A DNA stretch of 63,988 nt, counting the filler, from Thelocarpon superellum (lineage: Eukaryota), in the NCBI GenBank assembly GCA_026025795.1. It is 3 parts of 3 records of this genome, joined end to end, with 100 filler letters (N's around TTAATTAATTAA, not from the genome) between each part and the next. Parts side by side here need not be neighbours in the genome. Positions count along the whole stretch, not along the records: positions 1 to 23,046 come from JAPEUG010000287.1; positions 23,147 to 46,176 come from JAPEUG010000288.1; 1 more part is not named here. One strand, given 5' to 3'. The notes beneath the pieces are model-generated. The model did not search any database. It was given only the letters and a program-made list of their open reading frames with translations, and had not been told where the DNA came from. Shown here one piece after another: positions 13,572-24,175 of this stretch. The translations under genes and the position numbers were made by a program. Positions within the stretch are counted from its first letter, which is position 1; every line of letters begins with the position of its first letter.

Positions 13572-16088
13572 TCACAGAACAGCCTCCAGGACGCTTCTGC
13601 GAATCCGCGCAATCTCGCCATCGTGCTCTTTCCGCAGCGTCAGGTATTTCTTCTTCCATCCCACCTCGCCTGTCCGTCCATCCGGTCCACCGTCGTCTGT
13701 TGCCACGAGCGGTCGCGGCTCGGGCAGGACGATGACGCGGAGCGTGAAGACGCCAGTCAACGGCCCCGAGCGGAGCGTCCACTTCAACGTGTACTCCTCC
13801 GGTCGCGAGGGGGGATCTTCGCTGCTACCGTTAGGAGGGGCAGGCGGATCGATCCTCGGCGGACCGTCGGGTTCCCGTGGTTGGTCCTTCGCCAAGTGGT
13901 GTAGATCGCCAGAACCGCTGTTGGAGGGCGGCTCAATCGCAGTGACGTGTACGCTAAAGGCCTCAATCTCACTGCGAATTCCGAGATCATGGTCCAGCTC
14001 GCCCGCCAGCCCGAAGCACGTGGCGCAGCTGATCAAGAAGCCCTCCTCGTCGCTGGCTTCGTCTGGGTCGGTGCGCATGTGCTCGATCACGATCGTGGCC
14101 AGGCGCTTGGCCGGCGCCAACCCCAGGCTTGGGCTGCTCCCGCCGACCAAGGAGGAGGTGGTCAGTTTGGCCGTCAAGGCGCGAAGGAGATCCTCCTTTC
14201 CAAACCCCAGCGGCTGGCCAGGACGCCGCACCGACCGGGCGGCGTCTTGAGTGTTACTCGCGCCCAGGCCATCGCCAAATGCAAGGTTCGACGAAGGAAA
14301 CGCTGCAGAGGATGACGAGGACGATGACGTCGTTTGGCTCATGATGCCGTTCACCATCACCGTGGGCGTGGCTAGACGAACCACCGGCCCGCCACGGTGC
14401 TGTGGCACGCGAAGCTGTAATCCACTCGGCTTGCCAGGCATCTGCGGCGCCTGGCCGGGCGGCCGAGGTGGCAAGGGCACGCTGCCCTCTTTCGCCGAAA
14501 CGGGGGTGGAGACAGGCGTCGAACCTTGCAAGTCAATGAGCGGTCCCTCGCGAGTCTTGGGGTTGGCGGGAAAGGTGGAAAAGGGCCCGTCCCGGACCGA
14601 TCGATTGCTGGGAGGACGCCCGCGGAGCTTGCCCGTCACCGGGTTGCCACTGCTTGGCCAGGCAGAGGAGACGGCGGGACCATGTCTGCGCCGAGCCCGT
14701 CCTTTGCCCCCTGCTGAGATGGGAGTGACAGCGGAGGGGGGTTCATAAAATCCGGAATCGGGAGGGTGGGGGGTGGCCGGTGTGACTGCGGACGGAGGAT
14801 AGGGCGTCAATGGAGTGCCGCTGTCGCGAGGGTTGAGTCGCCAGCGAAATTGTTGGCCCCCAATTGACGCCGACGCTGGGTGAGCCGAGAACTGCGGGGT
14901 GCTTGCGCCGATGGCACTGGAGGTGATGGTCGAGGCCGCGACCCATGGATCCGACTCGACGTACCGGTCCATGTCGTCGGTCCGTCCGGTTGAGGGGCCT
15001 GACGTGGTGGAAATTAGAGCCGATCCCGGCGGATTGAGGTCGTGGAGCGAGGCCGTGACCACGGACGTATCCAGGTTGGGCCGTTTGGCAGGCGAGATGG
15101 ACGTGTCCAGGTCGACGTCTTTCTCCTCAGTACGTCGGCGGCCACGTTTGGGACGCGACTCCGGATGCAAGGCCCGTAGCGCCAAATCTTCTTCCACCGG
15201 CACATTGTCGCGGCCATGCTCGGGGTAGGGAGCATGTAGCGGTGGGACCTGGGTGTAGTAGCTGTGGGGTTTGCCCAGGCAGTATTCGAAGAAGGCATCA
15301 ACATGCATCGCATGCATCCAGCGCTTAAGCCGCACGGCGTATTGCTGCACCTTCTGCGCGCTCTGATTCTTCTCCAGCACTGGCGGTTCAACGCCGAGCT
15401 GGATGGCCAATTGGTTCCACGTTTTGATCTCCTTGTTCTCAAACTGCCGGATGAGCTCGAGCAAGGTGTAGGTGCTGAAGGTCTTGCCGTCGCTCTTCGG
15501 GGGAGAGCGGAAGCCGCGACGCAGCTCCGCAGTGTCGGTAGACAAGGTCACCACCGGATTACAGTAGAGGATGAAGGCGACGTAGGCATCGTCCAGGCTC
15601 TCGTCCGTGACCTCACGCGACGGCAGGGAGCGGTCTGGCGGGGTGAAGGCAGGGAGCAGTGGCTTCTCCTGTCGCTGGGGCGTGCCTCCGAAACCAGGCG
15701 AGACGGGCGCGGCCGAGGCCTCCGAGGGAGTCGGGGTGAAGAGGGTGGCCGACTCGGCGTCCGGGGAGGCCTGCGGCGGCGGGGGGCCGCGGCCTTGGAT
15801 ACCGTTGCTCCCGGTTTGCAGATCTTTCTGGGTGTTGACAGACGGGCTCCGGTGGACGCGCAGGTGATCGGGGCAGGCATCGGATGCCGGGACACGGTGC
15901 GGGGCCAAGGATGCATCCATGCCGGACTCGGATGGCGGCGCATCCTCGGCTTGGGACAGGGACGGGGAGGCCGAGGGCACGGGCATGGGCACGGCAAAAT
16001 CGTGGTGATGGCGGTTGTGGGAGGTCAAGCGTCGCACAAGCTGCTCCTCATCATCGTCGTCCGGCGACGGATGATGATGCTCGTCCAT
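13572..16088 (-). CDS. ARS-binding protein 2 (Abp2)-family DNA-binding protein; start at MDEHHH (ORF open to 16241)
   Basis: LDDAYVAFILYCNP...FRSPPKSDGKTFSTYTLLELI...LGVEPP...SAQKVQQYAVRLKRWMHAMHVDAFFEY; AT-hook-like KLRGRPP. Confidence 0.82.
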   Translation of the reverse strand: MDEHHHPSPDDDDEEQLVRRLTSHNRHHHDFAVPMPVPSASPSLSQAEDAPPSESGMDASLAPHRVPASDACPDHLRVHRSPSVNTQKDLQTGSNGIQGRGPPPPQASPDAESATLFTPTPSEASAAPVSPGFGGTPQRQEKPLLPAFTPPDRSLPSREVTDESLDDAYVAFILYCNPVVTLSTDTAELRRGFRSPPKSDGKTFSTYTLLELIRQFENKEIKTWNQLAIQLGVEPPVLEKNQSAQKVQQYAVRLKRWMHAMHVDAFFEYCLGKPHSYYTQVPPLHAPYPEHGRDNVPVEEDLALRALHPESRPKRGRRRTEEKDVDLDTSISPAKRPNLDTSVVTASLHDLNPPGSALISTTSGPSTGRTDDMDRYVESDPWVAASTITSSAIGASTPQFSAHPASASIGGQQFRWRLNPRDSGTPLTPYPPSAVTPATPHPPDSGFYEPPSAVTPISAGGKGRARRRHGPAVSSAWPSSGNPVTGKLRGRPPSNRSVRDGPFSTFPANPKTREGPLIDLQGSTPVSTPVSAKEGSVPLPPRPPGQAPQMPGKPSGLQLRVPQHRGGPVVRLATPTVMVNGIMSQTTSSSSSSSAAFPSSNLAFGDGLGASNTQDAARSVRRPGQPLGFGKEDLLRALTAKLTTSSLVGGSSPSLGLAPAKRLATIVIEHMRTDPDEASDEEGFLISCATCFGLAGELDHDLGIRSEIEAFSVHVTAIEPPSNSGSGDLHHLAKDQPREPDGPPRIDPPAPPNGSSEDPPSRPEEYTLKWTLRSGPLTGVFTLRVIVLPEPRPLVATDDGGPDGRTGEVGWKKKYLTLRKEHDGEIARIRRSVLEAVL

Positions 16089-17469
16089 GGCGGGGACATC
16101 AGCGGCGGCGGCAGGGCCTGGCGTGGCGGGGGCAGGGGCCGAGAGCAGACGGTGCCGGTGCGACAACGCCGGCAACAGGGCGGGCGCTGCACTGACGTTC
16201 CGTAACGCGATCGCGGTCGCGGTCGCGGCTGTGATGATCAATGTTCGCAGCGGCTCCGTCCGTGGACCCGGCCAAGGTGAGGGTTGGACGACGGATCTAT
16301 TATTACGGCGGCTGGCGGCTGGCTGGGCGGACCGGTCGATGACTTATGTAAGTCATTCCTCGGGCGGGTGCCGGGACATCATCCCCACTAACCTGGTCGT
16401 GAAGGGGCCGTCTAGTAGTACGAAGGTACTGCGATAGGATTGGTTCAGCGACCCAGCGCCCTCGAAGCCCGCAGCGGAGCTTGGCCCCGCTTAGCGACGC
16501 TTGATTTAGCGGCGCCCCGGGCTCGACGAATGGCGGACGTGCATTGCCACTGTGGCAGGGGCCACTTGTCTGTGCCCCTTCGGCGCCCTCTAGCCAGTTG
16601 ACGGTGATCAGGCTGATGGTGCCGCCGCAGAGATGCTTTCGATGGGTCGTTGCACACCCTATCAGTTCCGGGTGCGAACCTCCATCCGCCGAGATCATGC
16701 ACAGTCCGCCATATTTAGATTTTCACGTTGTGGTGCGGTCCTCGAAGACTGGCCGGCAGTACGGCGTGGTCGCATACGTGCATTCGTTGATCAAATGCTC
16801 CATCCGTAGTCGAGACCCCTGATTTCCGAGAGCAGAGCAGGAAGGTATTCGCCATGATATATGGAAGCCATGTGAGCACTGAGAGCACCGAGAGCTCCAA
16901 GCGAACCCTCCGTCGTACTGAAGTCAGTAGCACGAGCCAAGGAGCATGGTGGTAAGGTCCCACGGAAGACTGGGGGCTCTCCCAGCGCAGAATGTTGTAC
17001 CTTTTCTTCTTGACCCGAGAGAGGCCAGCTTATCAGTGTGTGCCTGACAGATGCGTTGCGTTGACGACATCATGCCGAGAAGTGCTCCGTATCACACTGA
17101 AGCGTCATCGAGCGTCACCGATATTTATGACAGCTCAAATGAGGCAAACACGATGACAGCCAAGATTAGTCACGTGATGTGTACTCGGCGCCGGGCTCAT
17201 GACAGCCGAGGCCCCCGCCAAATGAACGCGGACAATATCGGATTCATGCGGATCGAGGTCGCGCGCGACCACTCCCAATCCCGAGTCATGACCGCACGGG
17301 AAGGTCAAGCTTGTGATCGTCTCCCTCGCCGACATCTTGCTCCATCCGACGTCTCTTGCAACCGCTCTCTCCCCATAAGATTCCTCAACCTCCCGCGTTG
17401 AACGGTGACACTGGCAGCGTCTATCGACCTCATTACGTCAATCGCCCAACAATTGTCTCTACCGCAATC

Positions 17470-18677
17470 ATGTCGACCAACACGACTGCCACCCAGCAGA
17501 GTGACAACATCGCCCATGCCCTGGCCGGGGCTGGTATGACCGCTCCTGCAGGACGCTTCATGTCCTCTCGCTTACCTGTTACTCCCAGGCGGAGGACTTC
17601 TCTCCATGACCCTCACGTCTGTGCCCACTCCTGAACTCCTGCGGTCGTGTCGTCGACTGACCTGATGGAATTCCCAGCTATCCTCTGATTACATTATCGA
17701 CCCGGGCCCAGGTCGAGTCCAAGCGTGCGCAATCTTCCGTGCTCGACGCCGCTCGACGTATCGTGCAGCGTGAAGGCATCGAGGGCCTTTATGCGGGGCT
17801 AGAGTCGGCGCTCTTTGGCATCAGTGTGACCAACTTTGTATATTATTACTGTTCGTCCCGTCTTCTCGTCGGCTCGGCGGCTCGTCATTTCTCGATCGGT
17901 ACGTTGGAGCTAACGACCAGGTGCGCAGGGTACGAATGGACTCGAGCAGGGTTCGAGAAGGCCGCCGTGCGGGCAGGGCGAGCCTCGAAGAAACTGACGA
18001 CCATCGAATCCATCATTGCCGGTGCGCTCGCGGGCAGTGCCACCGTGCTCATCACCAATCCTATCTGGGTGGTCAACACGCGCATGACGGCGCGGAAGCA
18101 GGAGTCAGATGAGCCGGCTCTCCCAGGGGCGAAGGCGCCGCGACCCGCCTCGACCATTACTACCTTCCTCGCCCTCCTCCGCAACGAGGGCCCCGCCGCA
18201 CTCTTCGCTGGCGTTCTCCCCGCCTTGGTACTCGTGATCAACCCAATCTTGCAATATACCATCTTTGAACAGCTGAAAAACGCCCTGGAGAAGCGACGAC
18301 GGGTGACACCGACCGATGCCTTCTATCTGGGCGCGATTGGTAAGCTCCTGGCCACGAGCATCACCTACCCCTACATCACGGTCAAGAGCCAGATGCATGT
18401 GGCGGGCAAGGACAGCGCCAAGGAGACCATGTACCAGAGCGTGAGTCGCATCGTACACGAAGAAGGCTACGCCGGTCTGTACAAAGGTAAGCCTAAGCTT
18501 CCATTGAACAGGTTCGAGCGTGGAGAAACTGATCCTGGTCATCCCCTCACAGGCATTGGTCCAAAGGTCACGCAGAGTGTCATCACGGCGGCCTTTCTGT
18601 TCGCCTTTAAGGACGCACTTTACGATCTGACGGTCAAGGCCCGCCGGTCGGTGCCGGCTAAGTTGGCAACCAAGTAG
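17470..18677 (+). CDS. Peroxisomal carrier (PMP47/PMP34-like, mitochondrial carrier family), 4 introns
   Basis: SDNIAHALAGAG|GGLLSMTLT|YPLITLSTRAQVES, TNPIWVVNTRM, PALVLVINPILQY, TYPYITVKS, GIGPKVTQSVITAAFLF. Confidence 0.9.
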
Positions 18678-19795
18678 TCGCTTCTCGCTCTAGTAGAAGC
18701 CCTATATTTATGTAAACATTGTGTTGGAGACCCCCTGGAGCATAAGCAAGGAGCCACACAGGCTGCTTTTCGTCTCAGAGCCCTCCTCAAGCGTCTAATG
18801 ACGAAACCAGCTGCATGCATTTTTCGCCTTCGAGGCCTCCTCAACCAACGATCGTCAAGACTAGCTGTGCGGGCTTGCCACCTTGAAGTCTCCATTGACC
18901 ATACGTAAGCAATCCAGCCACATAGTGTTGCTGTCAAAGAGAATTCGCAAAGATGAGCGTTTGTGCAGAGTACAAGCGTCCAAATCTCCCCCAGGAGCGA
19001 GTCGCGGCGAGATTCGTTACCTAACTGGAAGGCAGCTGGGCTTCGTTTGAGTGCTTCTTCATCCCTGGCTGTTGTCCTCTGTCATACCTGCACCTCTGAC
19101 ATAGGTCCATGCCTTCACAGCCGACTCCAGCCACTGCCAGGCTTGCGGCGGGGTGGCGGCGGTGGAACGAAGGCGAAGAGGAGAGAGTGGAGGCTGGGTC
19201 AAAGCACGGGAACGTTTGGCGGGGACCGACTGCTCCAGGCAGTGCTCGTTCCCACGAAAGCGATAGTTCCTTACCTAAGAAACCCTCTGTATGACCCGAA
19301 GGTACAGGTCGCAGGTCGCACTGGCGGGTTTTCTTCGCTAGATCAACCCGACGAAAGGTGTGTCCGGTGGGCCAACCTCCGCCATACCAGCGCCATGACG
19401 ACCTCTGCCACACCACCCACCCCCCGGCCCGACAGGCTCCAGCATCAGCCGAAGGCATTCTCCCAGATGGCGTCTTCGATGACTCGATCAGAATATACAA
19501 GCAAGGGCCCTCCTTCAGAGAGCGACCTTCCACCACGAGGACCCCGCCATGGCCGGTCATTCCCTGGCCCCTTGTTACCCTTGCTTCCCAGGAGCCATTT
19601 GGCCGGCGAGGACAACAGCCACTCCACCATGGGGTGTCATCACGACCATGGCTCTGGCCATGGTAGAAGGGACCGTGGCAGATATATATCGATCCCTTCC
19701 TGTGATGGAGAGACTTCTTTCGTTGGATCGTGCACAGCTTCCTGTCACGAAAAGGCCAGGACATTGGTCCGTGTTGTGGATTCACCGCGGCCAAG

Positions 19796-22700
19796 ATGCG
19801 TTATTCCTCTGCCTTTCTTCTCGGCAGCCTCGTGAGCCCACTCGCGCACGCCCGGCCCCAGGAGGTCTACGCCAACCAATTCGCGGAAATCTCCGGCCCC
19901 GGTGGCTTCATCCTACAGCCAATCGTCCAGGAGAATGTCATCGTGCAGCTTTATGAGATCAACCAGCAGTTTGACAACAATGCCGTCGTTAATTTCGGGA
20001 ATCAAAACTTCTATACCATCAACAATGCGCCGACCTTCGTGTCGACCATCACCGTGGTTTCCACCTCCACCGTCACCTCGACGTCGCTACTCCCTGTACC
20101 CCCCACCAGCGCGCCAGCCAGCAACGTGGCAGCCCCGACGGGCACCGCACTTCCGACCTCCACCTCGCCCTTTGGCATCATTCCCACCGCCGGGACCTTC
20201 AACCTCTACGCCTCTACAGCCAATGGCGATATCGTGAATTCCCCAATTGGGGAGATCGACGGCGAGATCATCGTGGGCGATGGCGTGACACAACCCGGAA
20301 TCTTCCCCATTGACAGCAACGGGGACTTGTTCGACTCCGCTGGGAACGCCGTCTACGCCAACACCCAGAATGGCGTCAGCCGTCGAAGCCGATTATTCCA
20401 ACGACAACTGCCCGTCATTGGCCTTTTCTACGCCGCCGTCATTGCGGCCACGGCCATCCCGGTCAAGTTTTCGGTATCTGGTATCACCTTGGTGATATCC
20501 AGTGGATCTACCATCTTCAACCAATATATTTGCAACGCAAATCCTTCGCAAGGCGGGCACCTTCTCATTACCGAGGGGCCTGTCCCGCCAGGATGTACGC
20601 CTCTCTTCATCATCGCCGTGAGCGTACCGCCGACAAACACCCGAACCTCGACCACTGTCATCAATACCTCGCAGATGCCACTGTCGACGACCTTGCTGAG
20701 CAGCTTACCATCCACTTTGCCCACTCTCCCACCGACCACCCTCCAGACGAGCATTTCCCTTCCCTCGACCTTTCCCAGTCCCTCTATCACGCTTCCAACG
20801 CAGCTCCCAACCCTGCCGTCGCTGAGCTCGCCGTCATTGCCGTCGTTGAGCTTCCCAACCTTGCCGTCGCTCAGTCTCCCCACGCAGCTTCCGACGCTCC
20901 CATCCTTCAGCCTTCCCACTGCGCTGCCGACCTTGCCGTCGCTCAGTTTACCTTCCCTGAGCATCCCGTCCCTAACGTTGCCATCGCTGAGCTTACCTTC
21001 CTTAAGCATCCCGACGGAATTGCCCTCCTTGCCATCCCTGAGCGTGCCCACGGAGCTCCCAACATTGCCGTCGCTCAGCTTACCATCCCTAAGCATTCCC
21101 ACCGAGTTGCCGACCTTACCGTCCCTCAGTGTCCCCACTGAGCTTCCAACGCTCCCTTCGCTCAGCGTCCCCACCGAGCTCCCGACGTTGCCATCGCTCA
21201 GCCTCCCGTCTGTGAGCATCCCCACCGAGCTCCCGACGTTGCCATCGCTCAGCCTCCCGTCTGTGAGCATCCCCACCGAGCTCCCGACACTCCCGTCGCT
21301 CAGCCTCCCGTCTGTGAGCATCCCCACCGAGCTCCCGACACTCCCGTCGCTCAGCATCCCGTCTGTGAGCATCCCCACCGAGCTCCCGACACTCCCGTCG
21401 CTCAGCATCCCCACCGAGCTACCGACGTTACCCTCCCTTAGCCTCCCGTCCCTCAGCATTCCAACTGAGCTGCCGACATTACCGTCCCTGAGCATCCCGA
21501 CAGAATTTCCAACGTTGCCATCGCTCAGCCTCCCTTCCCTCAGTATTCCAACCGAGGTCCCGACGCTCCCGTCCCTGACGTTGCCATCCCTGAGCATCCC
21601 GACGGAGTTGCCGACGCTCCCGTCGCTAAGCTTACCGTCCCTCAGCATCCCCACCGAGCTCCCGACACTCCCGTCCCTCAGCATCCCCACCGAGCTACCA
21701 ACGTTGCCGTCCCTGAGTATCCCGACGGAGTTGCCCACCTTGCCGTCCTTGAGCATCCCAACGGAGCTTCCGACCTTACCGTCCCTCAGCATTCCAACAG
21801 AACTGCCGACATTGCCGTCGCTCAGCATCCCCACGGAGCTTCCGACCTTACCGCCCCTCAGCATCCCCACAGCACTGCCGACATTGCCGTCGCTCAGCCT
21901 CCCATCCCTGAGCATCCCCACCGAGCTCCCGACGCTCCCGTCACTGAGCCTTCCATCTTTGAGCATCCCGACAGAACTCCCAACGCTTCCATCTCTCAGC
22001 GTTCCCACCGAGTTGCCGACCTTACCATCCCTTAGTGTCCCGACAGAACTTCCAACCTTACCTTCCCTGAGCCTGCCATCTCTTAGCATCCCCACTGAGC
22101 TCCCGACGCTGCCGTCCCTCAGCAATCCAACAGAGCTTCCTACCTTGCCGCCATTGAGCGTACCCACGGAATTGCCGACCTTACCATCCCTTAGCATACC
22201 TACCGAGCTGCCGACGTTGCCATCACTTAGTCTTCCCACCGAGCTGCCGACCCTGCCATCCCTGAGCCTCCCATCATTGAGCATTTCCACTGAGCTACCA
22301 ACACTGCCGTCGCTGAGCCTCCCGACTGAGCTGCCGACCCTACCGTCCCTCAGCCTCCCGACTGAACTGCCGACCTTACCGTCCCTCAGCCTTCCTACTG
22401 AGCTTCCTACGCTCCCGACGCTCCCGTCACTCAGCCTCCCGACCGAGCTGCCAACCTTGCCGTCGCTGAGCGTCCCCACTGAGTTACCGACCCTTCCTTC
22501 AATCATTCTCCCGACCAGCTTGCCCACCCTGCTCCCTTCGGTGCCATTGAGCTGCCAGTCGCTGCTATCATTGGCTTGCGGTCCTACAGAGCTCCCATCG
22601 TTTCCTCTCAGTATTCCCACAGACCTGCCATCCCTACCCCCTGTCAGCATTCCGACGGACTTGCCATCTCTGCCGCCAATCAGTCTTCCGACTGATCTTC

Positions 22701-23046
22701 CAACCCTACCACCAATCAGTATCCCCACAGACCTCCCGTCGCTGCCGCCGATTAGCATTCCCACAGATCTTCCAACGCTACCACCGATCAGTATTCCGAC
22801 AGAGCTTCCGTCGCTACCTCTAAGCATTCCGACAGACCTCCCGTCACTGCCGCCGATCGGCCTTCCCACCGACTTGCCGACGCTGCCACCGGTTAGCATC
22901 CCCACGGACTTCCCGTCGCTGCCGCCGGTTAGCGTTCCAACGGATTTTCCATCACCGCCTCCAATCAGCATCCCTACAGATCTGCCAACGCTTCCCCCCA
23001 TCAGTCTTCCCACCGACCTCCCCACCCTCCCGCCGATCAGTATCCC
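19796..23046 (+). CDS. Secreted or cell-wall protein: signal peptide, ~290-aa globular region, then a long P/S/T/L-rich tandem repeat; 3' end runs into the gap
   Basis: MRYSSAFLLGSLVSPLAHARPQ; INNAPT motif and Cys pair (YIC...PPGC); dozens of PTELPTLPSLSI / PTDLPTLPPISI units. Confidence 0.8.
20790..23046 (+). repeat. Coding minisatellite, 36-bp (12-aa) and 51-bp (17-aa) units
   Basis: PTELPTLPSLS(LPSLS)I array, CQSLLSLAC spacer at ~22553-22579, then PTDLP(S/T)LPP(I/V)S(I/L) array. Confidence 0.95.
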
Positions 23047-23146
23047 NNNNNNNNNNNNNNNNNNNNNNNNNNNNNNNNNNNNNNNNNNNNTTAATTAATT
23101 AANNNNNNNNNNNNNNNNNNNNNNNNNNNNNNNNNNNNNNNNNNNN
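23047..23146. other. Assembly gap with artificial spacer (44N-TTAATTAATTAA-44N)
   Basis: Exactly 100 bp; the spacer has stop codons in all six frames; identical to the second gap. Confidence 0.97.
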
Positions 23147-23246
23147 CGCGCCCCTACGCGGCTGGTCCAAACGTCTATCGGCTGCGACATCTGCATCACC
23201 GCCCTAGCTTATCTGGAGTCGAATCGAGAAAATCGTAGATGAGAGT

Positions 23247-23300
23247 TTGGGATCTAGGCCATGGCATACCTAGTTGGGATCTAGGCCATGGCATACCTAG
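23247..23300. repeat. Perfect 27-bp direct tandem duplication
   Basis: TTGGGATCTAGGCCATGGCATACCTAG x2. Confidence 0.95.
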
Positions 23301-24175
23301 AGATCCGCCGTTTCATGCACCGGCATCCGGCAGTCGGCACCAGCCACCAGATCGAATGGGCATGATCCCGCAGCGCCGTACGGCATTTAGTACAGCGCGC
23401 AGGCATGGATAGCATGACCTCCGCGTAGGACGAAGTTCCGACCGACCCGGAACGGCTACCAGCATGACCAACAGATTCGCTCGTCGTTGATCTCCACCAC
23501 CTATCGCTTGAGATGCCGGCGGGTTGGATAAAGTTAAAGCAGCAGGGAGGGGGAGGATGGAAACCTTGACCTTTCGCCTCGCCCTAACTCTGGAAGAACG
23601 TCCCTTCACGAAAGTACGAGTACCGTCACATGCGGCGTTACGGTCAAGGCGCGTCTGACAAACTTGCCCTCGCCAGATCATCCTCGCAAGCCAATCCTCG
23701 CATCCGTCAAGGCGCCATCGGCACCTAGGCCGGCTTGACCGGCACGGGCGCTCGAGGGAAAGTGTTCCAGCCAAGTTCGGATCCTTCTGCGCGGGCCGCA
23801 ATACCTCTGCACCTTGATCGCATGAGACCCTGACGATACCAGCCCGGGCACAGGCCTTCCTTATGCAGCGAACGCGTTGCCCGCAGCTATGTTCGCCCCA
23901 CAGATGCCCGTGAGGTGCGCTCGCCATTTCTCGGCGGCCGTCAGCCTTCTGATTCCAAGTCACGTCCCCCAGAGCTGTGTATCTTCATCCTCCTTGTCAT
24001 CCCTATCCTCGTCCGTGTCTTTATCCCCCAGCAGCCGATAATGTCCGCTGGCGGTATCTCTCTCATGACCGTGAGGAGAATCACTCCCACGGCTTGGTGA
24101 GGATCCACCGTGCATTGGATATGCTGTTGGTTCGTGGCTGCCTGTTTCCCCTCAGTGCCTCTCATCACCGCCGGC

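Noticed and set aside
1323..17211. FarA/FarB-type CCGAGG sites upstream of the acyl-CoA synthetase (1323) and the peroxisomal carrier (17206)
   Set aside because: Biologically plausible, but a GC-rich 6-mer is expected about once per kb here, so it is uninformative.
18963..19835. 290-aa and 257-aa ORFs upstream of the repeat-protein gene
   Set aside because: No motifs or codon bias; most likely promoter/5'-UTR sequence.
20428..23025. 865-aa antisense ORF (GSSVGMLRDG repeats)
   Set aside because: Mirror of the coding repeat. The sense frame has the signal peptide and the synonymous-site variation.
20790..23046. Possible CRISPR-like array
   Set aside because: No unique spacers; the repeats are in-frame peptide repeats in a eukaryotic CDS.
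23091..23102. TTAATTAATTAA between N runs (also at 46221-46232)
   Set aside because: Artificial six-frame-stop spacer in fixed 100-bp gaps; not biological.
23147..23241. Short open frames after the gap as the C-terminus of the repeat protein
   Set aside because: The frame cannot be fixed across the gap, and no repeat or GPI signal ties them to the protein.
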